This document shows, in pieces, positions 7,808 to 14,543 of a stretch of 32,000 nt of DNA (its first letter is position 1; every line of letters starts with the position of its first letter). The notes beneath the pieces were generated by a model that worked only from the letters and a program-made list of their open reading frames with translations, was not told where the DNA came from and made no database searches. Made by a program: the position numbers and the translations under genes. The stretch spans positions 21,840-53,839 of the forward strand of contig NZ_LZLY01000097.1 in assembly GCF_001673535.1 (NCBI RefSeq). Reading direction: 5' to 3'. Source of the DNA: Mycobacterium sp. 1081908.1 (GTDB taxonomy: Bacteria; Actinomycetota; Actinomycetes; Mycobacteriales; Mycobacteriaceae).

Positions 7808-9592
7808 TCAGGGTTGAGGTGCGGTTTCGATCTGCTCGAAGATCCCGGAGAACTCGAACGGGGTTTGCGCTATGCCGCTGCCGTCGACGGCGTCCACCGC
7901 GCCCAACGTGCCCGTGATGTCGCGGGGCAGTTCCCACATCGACAGCTCGCCGATGTCGTGCTGCTGGGCGAAAGCCGTCAGCTGTTGGGCGTCGGCGAGG
8001 CCGAAGATTTCGCTGGGATCGTCGTTGATTCCGATCAGCGGCGTCACCCCGAGCATGTGCCACGCCTGCTGGCTGGTCAGCGACGGATAGAGCGTCATCA
8101 GCTGGCTGTGGGTGGCCGTCGCGGCGTCGATCGCGTACGCGCCCATGCCCGGGTTGCCGGTCTGGTCGAAACCGTTGCCGTAGTCCATGGCCATGATGTT
8201 CACGCGAGATATGTTCACGCCGTTGGCCGTTGCGGTCTGGATGACGTTCAACCCGCCGCCCTGCCCCTCGACCAGGCCGCTCGGCAGCACCGGAAGCGTG
8301 TAGGACACCGTCACGGGCGTGCCGTTCGCCGCCTCCTGCTGCTGCAGGATCGCGATGGCCTTCGATTGGGTGGTCATCGCTTGAGTGTTGCCCTGCAGCG
8401 CACCTTCGACGTCGAAGTCGAGGTTGTAGATCTTGTAGGTGTTCACAATCGTCGCGTACTGCTGCGCCAGCGCGGTGGGTGTCTGACCGTTGACGGCGGA
8501 TAGGTCGGTGCCGAACGCGCCGCCAAACGAGATAGTCCCGTTAATGCCGGCGGCTTTCATGTTGGCGATCTGGTTGTCGATGAACGCGCTCTGGGAGCCG
8601 CCCGTCACGTCGTACGCCGAATAGCCGCCCCAGGAGGCCTGACCCGTCGGGTCGGCGTTGATGAAGGCAAGCGTGGCGTTCTTGACTCCGTGCTGGGCCG
8701 CCGTCGCAAAGTCATATCCGTTCGGCCCGGGCCAGAGCGTTATGTCGACGTAGGGCGAGTACTCCCCGGAACCCGTTCCGCCGGTGCCGGTTCCGGTGCC
8801 GGTGCCGGTCCCCGAACCGGTCCCGCCGAGGCTGGTGCCGTCGTGGCCCCTGCCGCCATTGGCGCCCGGATTGCCGAACATCGCCGAACCTTGGCCACCG
8901 GAGCCGCCCGCGCCGCCGACGCCGCCGACGGCCCCGCTGCCGCCGTCACCCCCGTTACCGCCCACGCCGCCATTGCCGTACAGCAGGCCGCCGCTACCGC
9001 CGGCGCCGCCGGTGCCCCCGGCGCCGCCGTTGATACCCGGGGAGCCGGCGGCACCGAGCGTGCCGGTCCCGCCGGTACCGCCCCGGCCGCCGTCGGCGAA
9101 CAGGCCGGCGTCGCCGCCCCGGCCGCCCGGCTTACCCGGAAGGCCGGACCCCCCGTTGCCACCGTTACCGGCCAGCAGCCCGCCGGGCCCGCCGTTCTGC
9201 CCGGGTGCCCCGTCGGCGCCGTCGCCGATCAGCGGGCGACCCAGCATCGCGTTCGTAGGCGCGTTGATCACGCCCAGCACGTCGGCCTCGAGGGCCTGCA
9301 AGGGCGACGCGTTGGCCGCCTCGGCGGCCGCATACGCGTTGCCCGCGCCGTTGAGCGCCTGCACGAACCGCCGGTTGAAGGTCGCCGCCCGGGCGTTCAG
9401 CGACTGATAGGCCCGGGCATAGGCGGAGAACAGCGACGCGATCGCGGCCGACACCTCATCGCCGGCGGCGGGCAGCACGGCGGTGGTTCCGACGGCCGCG
9501 AGCGCATGGGCCGCCGTAAGTGTCGAACCGATGCCTGCCAGCTCCGTGGCCGCCGCGGCCACTGTCGCCGGTGCGGCAATGAGAAACGTCAT
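7808..9592 (-). CDS. PE-PGRS family protein with C-terminal glycoside hydrolase family 18 (chitinase/lysozyme-like) domain
   Basis: 594-aa ORF. The PE domain is MTFLIAAPATVAAAATELAGIGSTL...YAAAE (YxxxE at aa 87-91). Gly-rich GGxGG repeats span aa ~123-256 and a Gly-Thr/Ser linker spans aa 257-276. GH18-type motifs follow: YSPYVDITLWP, YNLDFDVEG (nt 8405-8419 encode DFDVE) and NIMAMDYG. Confidence 0.85.
   Translation of the reverse strand: MTFLIAAPATVAAAATELAGIGSTLTAAHALAAVGTTAVLPAAGDEVSAAIASLFSAYARAYQSLNARAATFNRRFVQALNGAGNAYAAAEAANASPLQALEADVLGVINAPTNAMLGRPLIGDGADGAPGQNGGPGGLLAGNGGNGGSGLPGKPGGRGGDAGLFADGGRGGTGGTGTLGAAGSPGINGGAGGTGGAGGSGGLLYGNGGVGGNGGDGGSGAVGGVGGAGGSGGQGSAMFGNPGANGGRGHDGTSLGGTGSGTGTGTGTGTGGTGSGEYSPYVDITLWPGPNGYDFATAAQHGVKNATLAFINADPTGQASWGGYSAYDVTGGSQSAFIDNQIANMKAAGINGTISFGGAFGTDLSAVNGQTPTALAQQYATIVNTYKIYNLDFDVEGALQGNTQAMTTQSKAIAILQQQEAANGTPVTVSYTLPVLPSGLVEGQGGGLNVIQTATANGVNISRVNIMAMDYGNGFDQTGNPGMGAYAIDAATATHSQLMTLYPSLTSQQAWHMLGVTPLIGINDDPSEIFGLADAQQLTAFAQQHDIGELSMWELPRDITGTLGAVDAVDGSGIAQTPFEFSGIFEQIETAPQP
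8765..8824 (-). repeat. Imperfect hexanucleotide (GGTNCC)n tract encoding the Gly-Thr/Ser linker
   Basis: Five consecutive GGTNCC units at 8783-8812 on the plus strand (ggtgcc ggttcc ggtgcc ggtgcc ggtccc), with degenerate flanks. The tract encodes GTGSGTGTGTGTGTGGTGSG. Confidence 0.5.
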
Positions 9593-9762
9593 GGCGCCAC
9601 CCGCTTTGTCGGCGTATTACGAGATCTGGCAGATGCTATTGAGCGTGGACGAGACGCCAAAGACGCTGCCAGATAAACGTTATCCAACCGTTACGCAAGA
9701 CGTATATCTGCATGACACTACGCGTGTTGGCGTCCAGCGTGTTGACAATGGCGTCCGAAAAA

Positions 9763-10053
9763 CTAGGCGAGCGTCCTGCCGACGAAATAGCAGGCGAGCA
9801 ACGCGACGCCCATCAGCACAACCCAGGCGTCCGTCAGTCGACACAGCAGGGCGGGGGCTTGCCGCACCTCCATGAATTCCCGAAAGATGATGCGCACCTT
9901 GACGAGTGCGATCACGATCACGCTCGAGGTGACGACAGCGCTGGCCCTCAGCGTTCCGTCGAGCGAGTGATCGATCCATAGGTAGGCGAGCGTCAACGAC
10001 GCCAGCACGAGCCAGACGACCAGCAGTCTCCTGTTGAATTTGATGTCGATCAC
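9763..10053 (-). CDS. Small 3-TM membrane protein, prokaryotic cytochrome oxidase subunit IV (CyoD)-like
   Basis: GTG 10051-10053 overlaps the upstream stop (GTGA). The 96-aa product VIDIKFNRRLLVVWLVLASLTLAYLWI...VVTSSVIVIALVKVRIIF...AWVVLMGVALLACYFVG has three hydrophobic spans. Its size, topology and position after a subunit III-like gene fit the subunit IV family. The family call is tentative. Confidence 0.55.
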   Translation of the reverse strand: MIDIKFNRRLLVVWLVLASLTLAYLWIDHSLDGTLRASAVVTSSVIVIALVKVRIIFREFMEVRQAPALLCRLTDAWVVLMGVALLACYFVGRTLA

Positions 10054-10613
10054 CTCACCACGTACAACAACGCGAAGATGAGCACCCAGAGGAAGTCGAC
10101 GGTGTGCCAGTATGTGGCGCAGGTTTCCACGAGCTCCTGGGACCGCCGCAGTTGGTAGACGACGACGCCGAGGACGACGAAGCCGATCAAGAGGTGCACG
10201 AAGTGGATTCCGGTGAGGAAGAAGTAGTAGGTGAAGAAGTCGTTGCTGTCCAAGCCATTTCCCATGCGAACCAACCGGGCCCACTCGAACACCTTGAAAA
10301 ATAGGAACACTGCGGCCAGTGCGACCGTGATGAAGACGTCCCGCAGGGCCGCGCGGTAGGCGCCGGCGCGGGACGACTGAACGCAGCGCGCCACCGACCA
10401 CGAGCTCAGCAGCAAGACCAGGGTGTTGAAGACCCCGATACGCAGGTCCAGCTGCGCCTGCGAGTGCAAGAAGAGCTCGGGACTTCGGGCGCGATAGAAC
10501 AGGTAGAAGCCGAAATACCCTGTGAAGACCAGGGTCTCGAACAACACAAACGCCCACATGTCGGGCTGGCCGGGCACGAACCTGGCGCTCTTCTTCTCGG
10601 CCAGGTCGGTCAT
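10050..10613 (-). CDS. Heme-copper oxidase subunit III-like (CoxIII/CyoC/NorE-like) membrane protein
   Basis: ATG 10611-10613 overlaps the upstream stop (ATGA). The 187-aa product carries subunit III hallmarks FFTYYFFLTGIHFVHLLIGFVVLG and TYWHTVDFLWVLIFALLYV, and has five hydrophobic spans. Confidence 0.8.
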   Translation of the reverse strand: MTDLAEKKSARFVPGQPDMWAFVLFETLVFTGYFGFYLFYRARSPELFLHSQAQLDLRIGVFNTLVLLLSSWSVARCVQSSRAGAYRAALRDVFITVALAAVFLFFKVFEWARLVRMGNGLDSNDFFTYYFFLTGIHFVHLLIGFVVLGVVVYQLRRSQELVETCATYWHTVDFLWVLIFALLYVVR

Positions 10614-11425
10614 CGCGCAACGGCCTTCCGCGGCGCGCGCTCGGGCAACGGCCCGTCGCCGAAGTCCTCGCGCTGGATCATCCGAAACAGCATGACGATG
10701 AAAGTGACTTGGTAGACGCCGAACACCACCATGTCCAGCCACCACGCGATCTGACCGTTCCACGCCAGCACGCCACGCCGGAAGATCCAGCACGGCGCCA
10801 CGACGACCTCGGTCAGGGCGTTGCACAGGTTGAGGTAGCCGAACCACTTGGGGAACACCCGATTCTTGTCGAGCAGAATCGCGAGCATCCAGATCAGCGA
10901 GCCGATCAGGAAGACTCCCATGGTTCCGTCGAAAGACAGGAAAGCGAAGTCGTAGAGCCAGCCGATCGCTTCGGGGTCTCGCTCTTCTCGCAGCGTCCCG
11001 ACGACCAGCGCGATGTTGAGCAGCAGCATCCCGGGAACCGCACTGAACGAGTAGATAAGCAGATACGAGTATCCGAAGGCGCGGCTGACCGACATTCGCC
11101 GCATCGAATAAGCGATGAGGGCGTTGTTGGTCGCGATCATGCCGCTGATGGCGAAGATGACACCGAATCCAACGGGAATCCCGAGGTGGCGTTCATGGAA
11201 CCAGTGCACCTGCGTCGCGAGGTCCCACGTCGGCTGCGGCGGCGGCTGTACCTGCGCCACGATGAAGAACACCGGGAAGAAGAAGTTGTAGAAGACGACC
11301 AGCGCCGCCCACGCCAGCCAGAGCTCGCGCCTGGGGTCGCGCCGCAGGTGCCAGGCGATCCGGTGGTGCAGCGGTCCCGGGGGCGGCGTGGCTGGAGAAA
11401 CCGCCTGCGCCGCTACGGCACTCAC
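10610..11425 (-). CDS. Polytopic membrane protein, paralog B (function unknown)
   Basis: GTG 11423-11425 overlaps the upstream stop (GTGA). The 271-aa product has multiple TM spans. It aligns by eye with paralog A (MRRMS.SRAFGY / RRMAHRTPIFSY; RDPE / RSPE; VFPKWFGYLNL / VFGRWVAHFNL; AWNG / AWDG; ...RE C-terminus). Confidence 0.7.
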   Translation of the reverse strand: MSAVAAQAVSPATPPPGPLHHRIAWHLRRDPRRELWLAWAALVVFYNFFFPVFFIVAQVQPPPQPTWDLATQVHWFHERHLGIPVGFGVIFAISGMIATNNALIAYSMRRMSVSRAFGYSYLLIYSFSAVPGMLLLNIALVVGTLREERDPEAIGWLYDFAFLSFDGTMGVFLIGSLIWMLAILLDKNRVFPKWFGYLNLCNALTEVVVAPCWIFRRGVLAWNGQIAWWLDMVVFGVYQVTFIVMLFRMIQREDFGDGPLPERAPRKAVAR

Positions 11426-12207
11426 GCGCTTACCAGTTCGTCGCCGTGCTGACGGTTCTCGGCGCGCTCCCGGTAGATCGCTTGCCCCAGAACCAAACCC
11501 ATCACGATGATCCAGACGGCGATGGCGACGTTTTTCACCCAGAACGACAAAAAGCCGTCCCACGCCAGCGGTCCGGTCAATGACACGCCGACGAAGGCGG
11601 CGGGCACCAGGGCGGCCGCCACCAAAAGGTTGAAGTGAGCCACCCAGCGGCCGAATACCGGCCGCGGCTGGTCGTCGAAATAGATTGCCAGGGCCAGGAT
11701 CACGCTTTGGCCGATCAGAAACGGGACCACGATGGTGAACGTGATCCAGCCGAAGTCGTTGAGCAGCTGCGTCAGCTCCGGGCTTCTTTCGGGACGGAAG
11801 GCGGCCAGCAGCCAGCACACGTTGGCGACGAGGAACAGGGTCGGGCCGCCGGCCACGCAACCCAACATCGCGTAGGAGAAGATCGGCGTCCGATGTGCCA
11901 TCCTGCGGATCTGCAACACGATCAGGGTCAGGACCGGGACCAGGCAGACCCCGAACCAATTGAAAACGATCATGCTGTAGCGGATCTGTGGCAGCCGCGC
12001 CGGATCGCGATAGAACGCGGCCACCTGATCGGCCGACATGCTGGGCGACATCGGCGGATTGAAGCCCGGAAACAGGACAAAGCAGGCGACCCAGATGATC
12101 ACCGTCGCGGGCAACGTCCACAGCAGGATCAGCTCACCGTCGGTACGGCGCAATCGAGTTCGCGGAGATCGGCGGCGCTTTGGGTTGTTCTCGCCAACGT
12201 CGGACAT
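11422..12207 (-). CDS. Polytopic membrane protein, paralog A (function unknown)
   Basis: The track ORF is 11422..12240. I prefer ATG 12205-12207 (MSDVGENNPKRRR), preceded by GAAGGAG with a 7-nt spacer. The 261-aa hydrophobic protein is the first gene of a four-gene overlapping operon. Confidence 0.7.
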   Translation of the reverse strand: MSDVGENNPKRRRSPRTRLRRTDGELILLWTLPATVIIWVACFVLFPGFNPPMSPSMSADQVAAFYRDPARLPQIRYSMIVFNWFGVCLVPVLTLIVLQIRRMAHRTPIFSYAMLGCVAGGPTLFLVANVCWLLAAFRPERSPELTQLLNDFGWITFTIVVPFLIGQSVILALAIYFDDQPRPVFGRWVAHFNLLVAAALVPAAFVGVSLTGPLAWDGFLSFWVKNVAIAVWIIVMGLVLGQAIYRERAENRQHGDELVSA

Positions 12208-12256
12208 CGCCTGGCTCCTTCGCTGCGACGGCCTGGACACGGTTCGTGAGCGAAAC

Positions 12257-12296
12257 TAGCCGAACGGCTATCCTCGGGTCAATAGCCGATCGGCTA
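12257..12296. promoter_or_regulatory. Twin palindromic operators TAGCCGAACGGCTA and TAGCCGATCGGCTA
   Basis: Two copies of the TAGCCG-N2-CGGCTA inverted repeat, at 12257-12270 and 12283-12296 (the second is a perfect 14-bp palindrome), with centres 26 bp apart. They lie in the 100-bp divergent region between the membrane operon (start 12207) and the TetR (start 12308). Confidence 0.55.
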
Positions 12297-12307
12297 CGCT
12301 TCCGGGT

Positions 12308-12889
12308 GTGGTTTCCCCGCAGACCCGCAGCCGGTTTCGCTTCATCACGCGCAGTGCCGCGCAGACCCGCATTCTCGATGCGGCGCTGCAGTTGATCGCG
12401 CAGCACGGCGTCGGCGGAACCTCGCTGCAGATGATCGCCGATGCCGTCGGGGTCACGAAGGCCGCCGTGTACCACCAGTTCAAGACCAAGGAGCAGATCG
12501 TCCTCGCCTTGACCGAGCGGGAACTCGGCGGTCTCGAGGAGGCCCTGGAGGCGGCCGAGGCCGACGACCATCGGACCAGGGCGCGGGAGGCGCTGCTCGA
12601 CAGGGTCATCGACGTCGCCGTCGAACGTCGCGGCGCCGCAAGCACGCTGCAATTCGACCCTGTCATCGTGCGACTGCTGGGCGAACACGAGCCCTTCCAG
12701 CAATTCATCCAGCGGCTCTACAGCGTGCTGCTCGACGACGCGGCCGAGGACGCGCGGGTGTCGGCGGCCGTGCTGTCGGGCGCGATCGCGGTCGGGGTCA
12801 TCTCGCCTCTGGTGGCCGACATCGACGACGACGCCCTGCGTTCCCAGCTGGGCCGCATCACCCGCCGGCTGATCGACGCGGCCGACTGA
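12308..12889 (+). CDS. TetR-family transcriptional regulator
   Basis: 193-aa ORF with a GTG start. HTH: RILDAALQLIAQHGVGGTSLQMIADAVGVTKAAVYHQFKTKEQI. The gene is divergent from the membrane operon. Confidence 0.85.
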   Translation: MVSPQTRSRFRFITRSAAQTRILDAALQLIAQHGVGGTSLQMIADAVGVTKAAVYHQFKTKEQIVLALTERELGGLEEALEAAEADDHRTRAREALLDRVIDVAVERRGAASTLQFDPVIVRLLGEHEPFQQFIQRLYSVLLDDAAEDARVSAAVLSGAIAVGVISPLVADIDDDALRSQLGRITRRLIDAAD

Positions 12890-12950
12890 TCACCGCACCC
12901 CCACCGAAATTTTTGGTCCGGTTGGGCGGTCGCTCGGGTACGGTTCTCCC

Positions 12951-13226
12951 ATGAGCAAAGTCGCGCGTGTCGCCGCCGCAGCGATCATGGTCACCGCCGG
13001 CTTGGGCACCGCGACGGTCGCCCGCGCCGACAATCCGCCGTGGCCGTTCGTGGGCTATCACTGGTGCCCGGGGCAGATGTTCGATCCCTCCTGGGGACCC
13101 CAGTGGGATCCGACCACCTGCCACGACGCGCACCATCGGGACGTGGACGGCACGGTCCACAACTTCGACTACTGGGGACCCAGCCCGTTCCAGGACTGGC
13201 CGGAGATTCCGAACACCCGGCCGTGA
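12951..13226 (+). CDS. Small exported Trp/Pro/His-rich protein (function unknown)
   Basis: 91-aa ORF with G/C-rich third codon positions. The signal peptide MSKVARVAAAAIMVTAGLGTATVARA is followed by DNPPWPFVGYHWCPGQMFDPSWGPQWDPTTCHDAHHRD... No clear SD was seen. Confidence 0.55.
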   Translation: MSKVARVAAAAIMVTAGLGTATVARADNPPWPFVGYHWCPGQMFDPSWGPQWDPTTCHDAHHRDVDGTVHNFDYWGPSPFQDWPEIPNTRP

Positions 13227-13242
13227 GTCGGGCCGGAGCGGC

Positions 13243-13647
13243 CTAAGTGTCGCCGCGCTCCCAAACCTGTGTTCCGTCATGCGCGTTGCAGACGAGGAAC
13301 AGGCCGTCCGGCGCCTGCGCGACGTAGTACTCCGGGAAATCGACGCAAGACGAGCCCTCGACCTTGACGCCGGCCATCGGGGGGGACCGGAACCACCGGG
13401 GCTCGTACCTCCTGGGCGAGCCGCAGAACATCAGGCGTCCCGGCTGCGTAGCGAAAGACACGTAATAGTCGGCGGTTCCGAACACGTAATACGTGGTGTT
13501 GTCGCACGGCGCACCGAGCACCTGGTGCGGCATGATCCCCGGCGTGCAATCCGGGTAATCGCAATTAACCGGCGCGGCGGCGGCCTGCGGCGGCGCCAAG
13601 ACACCGAGGCCGAGCAACACGGCAAGCGTTGCCATTATGAATCGCAC
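13243..13647 (-). CDS. Exported Cys-rich protein (function unknown)
   Basis: 134-aa ORF. The signal peptide MRFIMATLAVLLGLGVLAPPQAAA is followed by a mature part with 6 Cys (PVNCDYPDCTPG...APCDN...FCGSP...SSCVDF...LVCNAHDG). Confidence 0.65.
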   Translation of the reverse strand: MRFIMATLAVLLGLGVLAPPQAAAAPVNCDYPDCTPGIMPHQVLGAPCDNTTYYVFGTADYYVSFATQPGRLMFCGSPRRYEPRWFRSPPMAGVKVEGSSCVDFPEYYVAQAPDGLFLVCNAHDGTQVWERGDT

Positions 13648-13678
13648 AGGATTACTTTAAATTACTTCGCCCACCGGT

Positions 13679-13693
13679 GGGAATAGAATTCTC
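13679..13693. promoter_or_regulatory. GGGAATAGAATTCTC, second copy of the GnGAAT-N3-ATTCnC motif
   Basis: Read directly from the sequence. It is centred 39 nt upstream of start 13647 (minus-strand exported protein) and 114 nt upstream of start 13800. It abuts the perfect 12-bp palindrome CCCACCGGTGGG (13670-13681). Confidence 0.4.
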
Positions 13694-13799
13694 GCGCCCG
13701 GAGAAGATGGGCGCCTGATGCCGCTGTCTCCGTCGCCGGCCCGCCCACCTGGCAGTGATAATGTGGCTCTCCTGTAGGCGCGGACGAGGAGGTGATCCA

Positions 13800-14543
13800 G
13801 TGCCTCGGCGCAAGCTTCCCGCTGGGGCGACCGTCGCCGAAAATCGACGAATGGGTGCCCTATCCACGTCACCGTCGACTTCGGCCGCGGAGGATGCCGA
13901 GGCCGCAGAAGTCGCGGAGGCGGAGGCCCGCGCCGCGGCCGCCCGTGCCCGTGCCATGCGGTTGCGCGAACAGGCCGAGGCGGCGCCAAGCGGCGACGGG
14001 GCCGCCGGCGCCGGATCGGCCGAGTCGCCATCGCGCTGGCGCCGGTTGCGGCCCCGCCGCCCAAGCCGGAAGGCGATGGCCGCGGCCGCGGCGGTTGTGG
14101 TCGGCTGCGCGGCGCTGGCGGGCAGCGGGTACCTGGTGTGGCATCACCGCGGCGTTGAGCAGGAAAGGCATCGCAGCTCGGAGTTCGCCGCGGCCGCCCG
14201 CGACGCCATTGTGACGATGATGACGATCGATCCGGCCAAGGCGAGAGAGGATCTGCAGCGTTTCGCCGACGACACCACCGGGACTTTCAAAATCAGCATC
14301 CTGATGGGCGGTGAGGATGCGGTAAAGGCGGTGGAGGAGTCCAAGGTCATCTCCAAGGGCTCGGTACAGGCCGTCGCCGTGGAGTCCATGAGCCAGGATT
14401 CGGCGATCGTGCTGATCGCCGCCAAATCCGAGATCACCAAACCCGGTGAGGCTAAGCCGGAATCGCGCCGGTTGCGGATCGTCGTCACCGTCCAACGCGA
14501 TGCCGGGCAGCTAAAGATTTCCCGACTCGAGTTCGTCCCGTGA
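13800..14543 (+). CDS. Mce-associated membrane protein (Mas-like)
   Basis: The track ORF is 13755..14543. I prefer GTG 13800, preceded by GAGGAGG at 13786-13792. The Ala/Glu-rich N-terminus (AEDAEAAEVAEAEARAAAARARAMRLREQAEA) is followed by a basic stretch and a TM (AAAAAVVVGCAALAGSGYLVW), then EFAAAARDAIVTMMTIDPAKARED... The protein is a paralog of the 1-834 product. Confidence 0.8.
   Translation: MPRRKLPAGATVAENRRMGALSTSPSTSAAEDAEAAEVAEAEARAAAARARAMRLREQAEAAPSGDGAAGAGSAESPSRWRRLRPRRPSRKAMAAAAAVVVGCAALAGSGYLVWHHRGVEQERHRSSEFAAAARDAIVTMMTIDPAKAREDLQRFADDTTGTFKISILMGGEDAVKAVEESKVISKGSVQAVAVESMSQDSAIVLIAAKSEITKPGEAKPESRRLRIVVTVQRDAGQLKISRLEFVP

Noticed and set aside
8825-9226. Highly repetitive GGC/GCC-rich DNA that could be taken for a noncoding tandem repeat or CRISPR-like array
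   Set aside because: It is in frame within the PE-PGRS ORF and encodes GGxGG PGRS repeats. It has no regular repeat-spacer periodicity.
10200-10210. One-mismatch GAAG-TGG-ATTC core (and GAAT-TCG-GTTC at 18708-18718)
   Set aside because: Both lie inside coding sequence and lack the flanking G/C positions. I record them as evidence that one-mismatch copies arise by chance.
9763-12121. Long N-terminal extensions of ORFs 9763..10620, 10050..10847 and 10610..12121
   Set aside because: Each extension overlaps the upstream gene in a different frame and is Arg/Pro-rich. Internal starts forming 4-bp stop/start overlaps give hydrophobic proteins with sensible N-termini.
13231-13243. Mini-hairpin GGCCG-GAG-CGGCC between the convergent exported-protein genes
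   Set aside because: The 5-bp stem with a 3-nt loop overlaps a stop codon, so it is not distinguishable from chance GC-rich self-complementarity.
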